Shown one piece after another: positions 13,076-23,530 of a DNA stretch of 64,000 bases (position 1 is the first letter of the stretch; each line of letters starts with the position of its first letter). Source of the DNA: Chlorokybus atmophyticus (lineage: Eukaryota; Plantae; Mesostigma and Chlorokybus algae). A program made the position numbers and the translations under genes. The notes beneath the pieces are model-generated. The model saw only the letters and a list, made by a program, of their open reading frames with translations. It had not been told where the DNA came from and did not search any database. The stretch lies in contig RHPI01002503.1 in NCBI GenBank assembly GCA_009103225.1, positions 687,585-751,584 on the forward strand. Direction: 5' to 3'.

Positions 13076-15210
13076 CTACTTCAAAAACCTTATGGCGTCA
13101 GCCATAGAGGCAAACCCCTCCCTCAACACCTCAGCCTCGCGCTGCGACATTTTCTCTAACAACTCATGCTCAGCGGCTTGCATGCTGCGCATGGTGTCCG
13201 CCATCTCCCGATGCACCTCCCGCATTGTACTGCCAATGCTTGTGCGCTTCTTCTTCTTCTTGCCAGTTGTATGCTCAGTCATATCATTTAGCGTGCTTCC
13301 ACCTGTCATGCAAGATAGCACGATGAAACATGCACACAAGCACATAACATATGTGTGCACCATAACAAGCATGACAAGCAAGTCATCACCTTCATTGTCA
13401 TCAAAAGTGCTGCCTGAGAACGGAGGCTCAGCACTGTGTGAATCCCCCAAAGCATGCTCAAGTTCTTGAAACAACTCCTCATCATTCATCAGCAGATTGC
13501 GCTGCCAGTTGTAAGCCACCTTCTCTTCATCACTTGTCTCAAAGTAGTTGGGTTTGCCAGACTGGCTCATATAGCCGCGCACCGTGCTGTGCTGCGACTT
13601 CAGCGTGAACCACCTGTTACTTGACATTAGCATCTACGCAACACTACAATCGCATAATGCTTGCTGATACAGCAATGTGACTGAGCATACCTTGATTGGC
13701 ACTGGTCAATGGTTCGGGTCCAGTTTCTATCCTCAATCTCCTTGAGGTGCACCATAATATCGGACCATTTGATAGCAAAATGTTTGTTTTTCTGGTATGC
13801 ACCACCTTGCTGTGTCCTGGAGTTGATTGCGCCCCATGCACGCACAAGGGACTTGCTCTCTGCAGCACTCCAAGAGGCGTCACGCATGCGTTGCTCCGCA
13901 CCAGGCTCGGTGTCCGCTGAGCCCTTGCGCGTTGTCTTTCTCCTTGTTGCTGGCTTTGCTCGACTTGCTGCTGCAACCGTCAATCAACACAGTCAGTAAC
14001 CAAACCCTATACTGCCATGCATGCGTTGCTGCCAGGACACACTGTCATGCATGTCACGCATGCAAACCCTATACTGCCATGCATGCGTTGCAGCCAGGAC
14101 ACACTGTCACGCATGCAATTAGTTGTCTCATTTTCTCACCTTGTTTTGCGGGAGCTGGAGTAGCTGCTGGTGTAGATGAGGCCGGCATGGGTGTGGCTGC
14201 AGCCGGTAGTTGGGCTGCATGCGTTGGCCTGCTACATTACTTGCATGATGCATGCTTACACACATACACACCACAACAACACCAAAACATGCATCAAGCT
14301 TACATGAACGGCGGACTCGACGGCCCTGAATCAAACTCAGCACCCATGGATGCAGGCGTGTGGGCAATGTGTGTGAATGAATGTGGTGTTGCACTCGCAG
14401 CTGCAGGCCCATGCAGCAGGGGTTGTGGTAAGGACGGATTGTGGAAGCCATGCACCTGGTGTGGCAAGTAAGCGCCATGCCTGCAAGTTGGGCCAGGAAC
14501 AGAGCTGATGGCTAAAGTGAACAGTCAGCCAGTGGGGACGTGTCATGCGTGCGCATGGGTAATGCAACAACAGTTGGGTGTCAGCTGCAAAGCTTGCATG
14601 GAATGCACGAGAGTACATGGCGTTTCTACTGCTTGAGCACGTGCATGCATTTGTGACAGCAAAGGAATGCAGCATTGCAACGCGGACAATGCACAAACAT
14701 ACATCAAAGCATTGTGTGATGATCAGGCGAAGTGACACAGCAAACTAATGTGCATCATGGTGCTGATTTGAAAAACGCTGCTACTGTGAACCACCACCAC
14801 CACCACCACCACATCAGCAACAACAACGACAGCATGCAGTAGCATTGCCTGCCTGTTGATAAGTACGCTACTTACCATGTATGAGCCGCAGCTGAAGCTG
14901 GAGAGCTGACTGCGGCCATGTGGCTGCCGACTCCTGGTGCATGTACACTGCTTGTGGTGATGGACGGCGCCACGCCTTCCACACCAGGAGAGGCGCCATA
15001 GTTGGTGTAGCCATGCACTGCGGCAAGGCCAGCATAGCCAGCATGCTGTTGGCTGGTGCTGCCCTCTCCAACACCACCGCCGGCTGCCAAATCAGTGTCG
15101 CTTACGCTGTGCTGGTTCACATACTGGGGGTACCCAATATAGCCAGCAACCCCCACACTATTCGGACTAGCCTCATGGGCGACACCATCACTGCCGCCCA
15201 CGACACTCAT
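13076..15210 (-). CDS. Myb/SANT-like (trihelix) DNA-binding protein, second gene of the Harbinger element
   Basis: Exon 13970-13691 encodes SWSAAESKSLVRAW..KWSDIMVHLKE..WTRTIDQCQSR and splices in frame to WFTLK (exon from 13613). Basic/coiled-coil C-terminus KKKKKRTS..FASMADAIRFLK. The low-complexity 5' exons and start are less certain. Confidence 0.82.
14001..14116. repeat. Two-copy tandem duplication (period 62 bp) in an intron of the Myb/SANT gene
   Basis: CAAACCCTATACTGCCATGCATGCGTTGC(T/A)GCCAGGACACACTGTCA starts at 14001 and again at 14063. Confidence 0.85.
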
Positions 15211-16768
15211 CTCGCCCCACCGCCCTTCTCCCCCACCACGGCGGCGCCGCCTCCTCCTCCTCCAGGAGATGGCGCCACCGTCTTGGCGGGATTTACGGCA
15301 TTGCTAGCGGCTGACATGACACGACGATGTACGAGGAAGGCCTTACGAGTGCCTTTTTTTTCTGTTAGCACTTTTAAGCCCGCGGCCCCTTACAAGGGGT
15401 TGCTAAAAGTTCTGTTCGTATCGCTTTTAGCGATCATCGTACTCCTAAGCGGGCCGCGGGGGCCTTAAGAGGGGTCGTTAAAAGTCTGTGCGTACCGGGC
15501 CTTATCAACTCCGCTAACACTACACACTAGAGTAAGGGAGATGCATAGGGTATGAGTCATATTGCACGCATGCAGTCTGTGCACACGCACGCATGCATGG
15601 TGTGATCGAGTTGCTTATAAAGTGTACACGGGTGGACCGCATAAGCGCGCATTTCTTTCGGTATTTGTTATGGGACTCACACATCAACATAATTGCTGCA
15701 CTGAAATCGACATTAGGCTTCGTGTATACGTAGATTTCGGGTAAGTAGTGCCACTACAAGGTGTATGTGTTTTGTCTTGTTGCTAATCGTTTCTCTGTTT
15801 CTCAACTATCAATGTGTCGTCTGTTTGTAATTTGGGCCGCCTCCTAAACGCATTGCATGCATGGCACGTATCATGGCACGTACCATGGTAATGCATTACA
15901 TGATGATATTAGCAGCCACTGTATTCGCACAAATACGATATATGATATCGAAAGCTATTGCTTCATATTGATGCATCGTGCGGCTTGGTGTATGCTATGC
16001 ACTAGGCCCCTTTCCGCTTGAGTTGCTTGGTAGCAATTCCTATGTTCTCTATGCACCGATGTACGTGTTTGATGATCAATTTTATGCACGTACCTTTGTG
16101 TTGTGTAAGGGTCTATTGACTGCGATTACAGCTTCTGGTGTTGTGGTTGGGGGTGGCGCGTGGCACGAAGGCATATTGAGATATTTTATCTTTATTGTGA
16201 GTTATGTTCGTGTTTATTACCTCTTGGTTGGGGCCTTTCATAACCTACGAGCAATTAATTGCTTACGTGCAAAGGTAGATTACATGCATTGCGTCACGTA
16301 ACGTAACTCGCGTCATGTTTTTGTAAATGCTGCGAAACTTGTCATTCCCTTATTGACAGCATACTAGCAAGCTATTGTGATGATAATGAAGTTATGAGAG
16401 TGACAACTCTTGCAAGCTTTGCTTGCGAAGGGAAACTCAAAGCTTGTTCGTCATGATGATGGTTGGGTTTTTTTCGGGGTTTTACCAATATGCTCAACTC
16501 ACTTATCCGCTACTGCTATTCATAGGTAGCACTATTGACAATCGCCTGACACATACTGTTCGGTGATTCCCATAACCTTTTGAAGTTCTTGACCCTGAAC
16601 CCACTTTATGGGCTCTGTTATTGGGCGGTTGCAGGTTGCAGAGTTACAAGTGCGGCTCATGCGTGGCTAATGTACAATGTTCCAACCAGCTAGGCTCCGG
16701 CCTAGCTGGTTGAAAACCTCGGTACACGCCTTCACCCTTAGAAAGCGAGTCTAACCAGCAGGCAACAA

Positions 16769-17496
16769 TTACAGGTCCAATGAAGCAGCAAAGTACTCCG
16801 CTGGTGACAGCTGTGGAGGACCGCCATAAAAGTCAATCATGAATATGCTCGTTATGTTGAGGGCGTAAAACATGAAGTGGTGGTCAGCAGGCCAACCTGC
16901 AAACAGCAAGCGTCACACATGTAAGTCACGATGGAAATGGCTGCAACCAAAAGAGATGCACAACGTACCCTTCATGGCCGGGTGACGAGAGAACAAAGCA
17001 TCTCGTGCAAAGGCCACCTGGTCTTTATTTGTCAGCAGAACCATCTGCGAAGAACATGACCACGCCGGTTGAGCTCAGCATGTAATACTGCATGGCCATC
17101 CACAACATACTGCATGCAACACTTGCAGCTGACTATGCATACGCGCATCGTGCGCACCTGACCGGAGAGCGTGAGCTTTGCACATGGTGGCTCTTCTGGA
17201 TCCATTGATCCGCAGCTTCCCAAAGGCACTTCACTGATTGTTAACGAACACCGAGCGTCCGAAGCCAAGTCGCGTGCTGACTCATCATACCTGTCCCAAC
17301 CACCAGACAATGCAGTCAGGAGAGTGCAATGGCGGAGTCCAGTGTCTCTTCACAATACGCTTGCGCGCGCCGTACACATACGAGCGCAGCCAACCTTGTG
17401 AGGTAGAAGTATGGCGTCCCAGTTGCATTGCGCCATGGCCCGTCAACAAAGGACACTATGTTCCTGCATGGCAAGTGGTAGCTGCTTCACTTGCGC

Positions 17497-17544
<48 letters not shown>

Positions 17545-18261
17545 AGTGCCTGTGTGACTATGGTTGTGTTTGCGCGCTTTCAATACAGCACTGCCTGCAC
17601 AATGCCATGCGCCCCTGCACTCATCCAGTTGCTTCATGGGCCAAGAAACTGCATGCAAGGTTGGGCTTTGAAGTTGCAATGCACTATAACAGGTATTGTA
17701 AGCACTGTGTACTTCGCCAACCTACCGAGGTACAAACGCTCACCCAAATGGAGCGCCGCCGGCATGCGCAGAGATTGTACTGCCAACAACACAGCGCAGC
17801 AGGACAGTCAGCAATCGACAGGCGGAAGTCAGAGGCACTTCGAGCAGAGGACAAATCTAGATAAACCGCTAGCAGTCTTCCTGCAAGCTGCAGACTGATG
17901 CCATTTTGCATGCAGGAAATTATGTTGGACTGTGCACTTAGATGGGTGTCCATGCATTGGCTGCGACCAGAATGCATAATTTGCACCACGCATGAACCAG
18001 AACGCATCTCATGGAAATCAACCTACTGCACGCATCGCATGTACTGCGCATGCCATAATGCTACCTTACCAGGCTTGCAAGGCTAAGCCAACCCTAGCAA
18101 GCAAGTACGAGCATCCTTGAAGAGAAGCGCATACCTGAGGGTGCCCCACGTGCTAAGGTGCGCAAGCCAGCGAGCCATCTTCGCCGCCTCAGCATGCGGC
18201 GGCCTGGGCGGCATGCCAGACTCACCTCCACCGCTGCTGCCCGGCTGCTTCAGCACGCCTT

Positions 18262-18299
<38 letters not shown>

Positions 18300-18484
18300 T
18301 TCCAATCATCCTCCAGCACCCTACTCGCAGCCGCAGGACCGACGCCCTGCACAAGCAACGGACCCAAGAAGAGGACCACAGCCAACACCACCGGCATGCT
18401 CCTCTGTCCCCCGCCGCCCGCCGCCATGGCCGCCCTCGCCGAGGTCACCGCTGTTGGCGCCAACACCGACAACTCAACAGCCAT
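16769..18484 (-). CDS. CREG1: CREG1-like secreted/lysosomal protein (split-barrel, pyridoxamine 5'-phosphate oxidase-like fold)
   Basis: Hydrophobic leader, then spliced ARWLAHLSTWGTL|STISAHAGGAPFG|NIVSFVDG..GTPYFYLT|..CSLTISEVPLGSCGSMDPEEPPCAKLTLSGQ|..ALFSRHPAMK|GWPADHHFMFYALNITSIFMIDFYGG. Stop at 16769-16771. Includes a 36-nt micro-exon at 17779-17744. Confidence 0.9.
17500..17542. repeat. (GA)n microsatellite in a CREG intron
   Basis: Direct reading. Confidence 0.97.
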
Positions 18485-18652
18485 CTGTCAGCACGTAGCT
18501 GCTTTCAGAGCAGCGTTGTTTGCGTTTGCACAGCATCGACAGTCGGCGGCTGTATGGTCAGTGTTCAGAGACTACACAAGCATGTTGCAGTTGTCACTGA
18601 CGTTGGCAGCGGCGGCAAAGGCAGTGGCGGCGGTGAAAGCGAGCACCATGCG

Positions 18653-19323
18653 ATGAAAGTGAACATTCTCAGGTAGGCTTCGCATGCTCCGCCGTGCAGT
18701 GGAGCCTCTCGCTATCATGTAAATTTGCCGTGCTCACCACGAATGACAGCCACGTGTGCTCATTACCAGCAACTGGGCTGAGGATGTGTTCTCAGTTCTT
18801 CGCAAACTGTTTCCTCGCTGCTGTCTCCTCTCTCATGTTGGTTTGGTCCTTCTGCTAGAAGCATTGCAAGCATTTTATGTCGGTGTTGCATGGCTTTCAG
18901 CCCTGACCATCGCAAATGCATGCTGCCAGCTGGCACGCAGTGGCAGCGTGGACTTGGGGAGCGCCGGACGACGCTTGCGGCATCTGCCGCATGCCCTTCA
19001 ATGGCTGCTGCCCAGACTGCAAGATGCCCGGTGACGACTGCCCTCTAGGTGAAAATTGGATCTTTCATCGTCATTGCCATTATCAGCAGCAGAAGCTTTC
19101 ATGTCCAAATCAGCGCTTGCCGTTTGCTTGTCGTTGCTCATGTGACAGCGTTTGTGGTTGTTGTCTTGGACTTGCATCTGACACGAATGTATGTTGCGCA
19201 GTCTGGGGCATGTGCTCTCACGCCTTCCACATGCACTGCATCCTCAAGTGGGTCAGCAGCCAGACAGCGCAGCCGTTGTGCCCTATGTGCCGCCGCAAGT
19301 GGGATATCAGGACAGCTGACTAG
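18653..19323 (+). CDS. APC11: Anaphase-promoting complex subunit 11 (RING-H2)
   Basis: Exons 18653-18672, 18930-19048 and 19202-19323 give [77 protein letters not shown]. All junctions are GT-AG and in phase. Confidence 0.96.
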
Positions 19324-19349
19324 CTGTTTGTAGTCCATTTCACTCAACC

Positions 19350-20054
19350 ATGATGACGTCCACTCTCTCCCTCACCACCATATCATTGGCCAACTGGTGC
19401 ACAAACCTTCCATCTCTCCCAAGAGAGCTGTTCAGAGTTTCAAAGCCAACATGCATGCGCTTGGCTCTTCAGCCAGCTATCCAAGTGCGCGCAAGCAGTG
19501 ACGACAACAACAACAGCAGAAGGTTGGCACGACAGCAGCCATCTTTGAGACGAGTCACCTGTTACTCGCATCCGGACTTCAGCACCTCAGTTCAGCGCAA
19601 TGACGCCGCGAGCACGGGGCCGGGGGTCTCCCCGCAGGTTGATTACTCCCCCATGGAGGCCGTAATGCTGCAGCTTCAAGCGCTGATGAGCAATGACGAG
19701 CCTCGTGTTGACCACGGCCTCGAAGTCCTTTACAACTTCGCCGTGGCTGCCGAGAGCTCCTTCGGCGGGAATGGCATGTCTCGCTACTTTGGGTTCACCA
19801 CAGATCTGTACCACTTTGGTCACTTTGCGCTGAAGTTCCGCACGCGCTACAAGCGGCTGCTGCAGCTGCGCTTGTTTGAGATTGTTGAATGCTCGGCTGT
19901 TCGCATTGATGAAGATGGTACGCAATGTGCGGTCACCGTGGAGATGTATACGCTTGATCAGGCAGATCCAGAGCGCTTTATTTTTGCTATGCTGCAGGGC
20001 CGAGAAGGCAGCAAGGCCGGCTGCTGGCTGGTTGAAAGCTTACTCCCAAGCTGA
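19350..20054 (+). CDS. Intronless 234-aa conserved hypothetical protein, probably plastid-targeted (resembles plant/cyanobacterial QLxALxxNDxP proteins, possibly DUF4864-like)
   Basis: Ser/Thr/Arg-rich N-terminus, then SPMEAVMLQLQALMSNDEPRVDHGLEVLYNFA..YFG..F..Y..LL and C-terminal GCWLVESL, a pattern recalled from conserved plant proteins. Confidence 0.72.
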   Translation: MMTSTLSLTTISLANWCTNLPSLPRELFRVSKPTCMRLALQPAIQVRASSDDNNNSRRLARQQPSLRRVTCYSHPDFSTSVQRNDAASTGPGVSPQVDYSPMEAVMLQLQALMSNDEPRVDHGLEVLYNFAVAAESSFGGNGMSRYFGFTTDLYHFGHFALKFRTRYKRLLQLRLFEIVECSAVRIDEDGTQCAVTVEMYTLDQADPERFIFAMLQGREGSKAGCWLVESLLPS

Positions 20055-21970
20055 TGCGGCATGGTGTCAGCCAGGTGTCAACCGCATTGTTGTCTTGGTG
20101 ACTGCAACAGTTGCAACACTTGTCCTAAGCAGCATTGAAGTAGTTGTGTCCGGCTCTTGCGATGTGTGAGGCAGTCATACGTACTTATAGAGTGAACCAT
20201 CGAGGTACACAAAGCGCTCATGCGTGCACATGTGCGCACACTATGCAGTCTCATGTGTTCATGCAAACACGGTTGCCTGTGCAAGCAAGTGCATTCTTTA
20301 GTCAACGTTATACACGGCTGTACAGCACAGACGAAGGGAGAGAGAGAGGGCGGTGTAAAGAGAGGGAGAGGGGTGGGAGACGGAGGAGGAGGGAGAGACG
20401 GAGGGGGAGAGGGGGAGGGGCGCATTCACACGCACCGCACTGCGCCCTAGCTACCGTTGCTAACGCTGCTGCTGTGATTGACACAGGTAATCACAAGTAT
20501 ATGCATGCATGTGTGTCACGGGGTACGGGCAGTAGTGAAGGTAGGTAGTAACTGGCTGAACAACCCAATGGTGAATGTGAGAGTCATGGTGTAGTGTGCT
20601 GGTTGATTGCGTGATTGTGACACGCTCATGCATGCCACAGTCCCTGCATTCTATATGTTGTACACCCATGTGTAGACCTGCAAACATACGCACAAACAAT
20701 CAACACACGCCTGGTGTCACTGGACAAGTGCAAAACAACTCACACTGAATGCCATGTCGTGCTCATAAAACGCGTGCAGCGTGTGGCTCTCGTGACCGAA
20801 GGCAACACCGTTGGCACCAAAGCCCTCGCCAAGCATCGCCCAGGCAAGGAAAGGCGGTGAATGAATACCCAATGGCTGACAACCCAACAATCAACGCACG
20901 CACGCACGCACGCACGCGCGCGCGCGCGAACACACACACACACAAAGACACACACACATGCACACACACACATGCATACACGCATACAACTGCGCGCACG
21001 TACACGCATACGCATCATCAACCACCGCCCCTGCTTCAGCTGTCACCCTCATCCTCGCTGCCCGCTTCCTTCCCAATGCGGAGGCCGCACTTGATTACAC
21101 AATCACCAGCCCTCGCGCATGCACTGGTAAGGTTGTTACGCAGCTGCTCAGGCTATCTATCATTGAAGTGTGTTGCGCCGCGTGCGATTATGCAACCAGC
21201 TACTAACCCAAGTCGCATACAACAATTATGCAATGGCATGTGCTGCTGCTGCTGCAACATCCCAGAAGCTACAATGTGCAAACACACTGTGCACATCTGC
21301 CTCTGAAGCATGCAGAACGCAATCAGCTGGTCAACTCCTGCTTGCCATTGTGCTTATAATATCTCACAGCTACAAAGCATGCAGGTCCCAACTTTCACGA
21401 ACTCAGCTATACAGGCTGTACATGCATCACGCTCAACTTATGGCCATGAGATTTTCAACTCCAGGCTCAGAACCCNNNNNNNNNNNNNNNNNTTCGGCCT
21501 GCCACGCTGCAGTCGCGTTGAACCACTTCGAATGTAAGGACCAGGTAGTATGCATTCGTACAGATCCTGATTTTTTCTTCAACGACCTCACCACCCATTA
21601 TCCTCATCGGTCCTCCTGAGATTGGTGTTGATCCGACACATGTCCAGCCACATTCCTCATTCAACATGTCGAGCAACGTTGCAAAAGCCAAGCTCATCCG
21701 TAGAAGCAGCGGGCCCACCCCCCCCTCAAAAACAGGTGCAGACTTCTCTCCCAATCACATCTGAGGGCCAACAGCCCCAAAGGGACAGCGAGCACGAGGC
21801 CGTACACTGGAAAGGCATTGACACAATTCATTCAGGGAAGTGTGTCACATGGGAGCATTGAGCAGCAACACAAATTTGCATTGCATCGGACTACATTGCA
21901 ATGGCAGGTCCACGCAACAACAAAGGGGACCACACATGCACAAACACACACGAGAGATAGCGAGCGAGCG

Positions 21971-22189
<219 letters not shown>

Positions 22190-22559
22190 TCTCTCATGTG
22201 CCCAGCAGGCAGGCGCAGGCGGACCATCCAAGGCAGCGGCAGCTCCACTCATACCTGCCGCCGACAAACTCATCCCATTTCTGGTGAGCGCTTACCGACA
22301 GAAACAACCCCACTGGCGCAAAGACACAACAACATTTAGGACACAAGCGTCAAACTGTTCTTTGCTTGTCTTTGTCATGAGAGTGTCTTTGCGGTGTGCT
22401 TATACCAGCAGCCTATTAGCAGAGGGTTTCTTCCTTTCTACGCTGCAATGCCTAGGAAGTATACGAAGCAGCGAACATGCCTTCCACTAGGTGCAGGCCG
22501 CTTGTTGTACAGCACCATTTGGTTGGTCAGTCAGCGCAAACACAGTGGTGTGATACTGC

Positions 22560-23530
22560 ATGCAAGGAGCAATTGGGGAGCGATTAATACCAGTACTAGT
22601 ATTGAGCTTCTCTGCCATGCACAGCGAGGCTTTGCAGAAGCTGTTGACAGACCGCGGCTGGTCGCACTTTGCTTTTGAGGTTGACACTGCTAGTCATGTC
22701 AACAGCGATGCTAGACCTATCAAGCCACCACAGGCGATGCAGTCTCTTTATGGCCAAGCTGTTGCCAGGCCAGGAGTTGGTTGCAGCAGTTTTCCAGCTT
22801 CAGCTTCTAAACCTCCTCATGCGTGTCTCTGTGCACCAGGCACATATGGCAGCTCAAGTGTTTGGACACGACAGTATGCTGCGGCTGATCATGAGTTAGC
22901 TGCCATGAGTGACCAAGACCGTGTACGCGTGCGCTGCGTGAGCACTTTTGTGGAAGGCCGCAGCTGATGACATTGAGAAGGAGTACTACCTACAGACATG
23001 GCCATTGCACCCAGGGCTTCCCGCTCACGTCAGAAAGTGTTATGAGACAAAGAAACTCAACGACTTGAACTGCGGCGAAGAATACTACTACATGCTCTTC
23101 TGCACGGCACGGCTCGATGGCCACAACATGCTTAAGCCAAGAAAAGGGCGTTGGTTAGGGTATGACCATACTCCTGGTGGTGGGCGATCAGATGACCTTT
23201 TTGCTTTCAAGAAGTTCATTTGTGACAATGACGAGGGACAACAACAACAACATGTTTTCGCTCCAGCCACATGCGAGAGGCTTCTTTCTGTCGCTGAGCA
23301 GATTGAAGTGGACTACTTTGCCCTGGATGTTATGGCAAAGGAGCAACATATAGAGCTGCTGCTTCACGTGGAGCCGGACTACTGCGAGCCAGAAGTGTGC
23401 GTGCAGAGCAATGGAATGTGAGTGTTGTGCCAACAGATGTGCATGGAGGATGTGCAGGGAGACGGGAACATGTACGGCGCAGGGACGTGCAATTTCATAT
23501 TCGACCAGTGGGAAACGCCGGACAAGCCGA
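22560..23530 (+). CDS. Uncharacterised multi-exon gene (exact limits unknown)
   Basis: Protein-like exons ALQKLLTDRGWSHFAFEVD.., ADDIEKEYYLQTWPLHP..FKKFICD..VDYFALDVMAKEQHIELLLHVEP and CMEDVQGDGNMYGAGTCNFIFDQWETPDKPS, bounded by AG/GT. No family recognised. Confidence 0.45.

Larger units (their letters stand above)
10764..15501. mobile_element. PIF/Harbinger DNA transposon, 4738 bp, both ends present
   Basis: Perfect 23-bp TIR GGCCCGGTACGCACAGACTTTTA at 10764-10786 and its reverse complement at 15479-15501. TTA target duplication at 10761-10763 and 15502-15504. Subterminal ACCCCTCTTAA motifs. Convergent transposase and Myb/SANT genes inside. Confidence 0.96.

Noticed and set aside
15978-16301. 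107-aa hydrophobic ORF right of the Harbinger element
   Set aside because: No recognisable motif, weak start; T-rich sequence gives such ORFs by chance.
21467-21754. 95-aa minus-strand ORF next to a small gap
   Set aside because: No motif, and strand assignment conflicts with plus-strand exon candidates nearby; cannot be supported.
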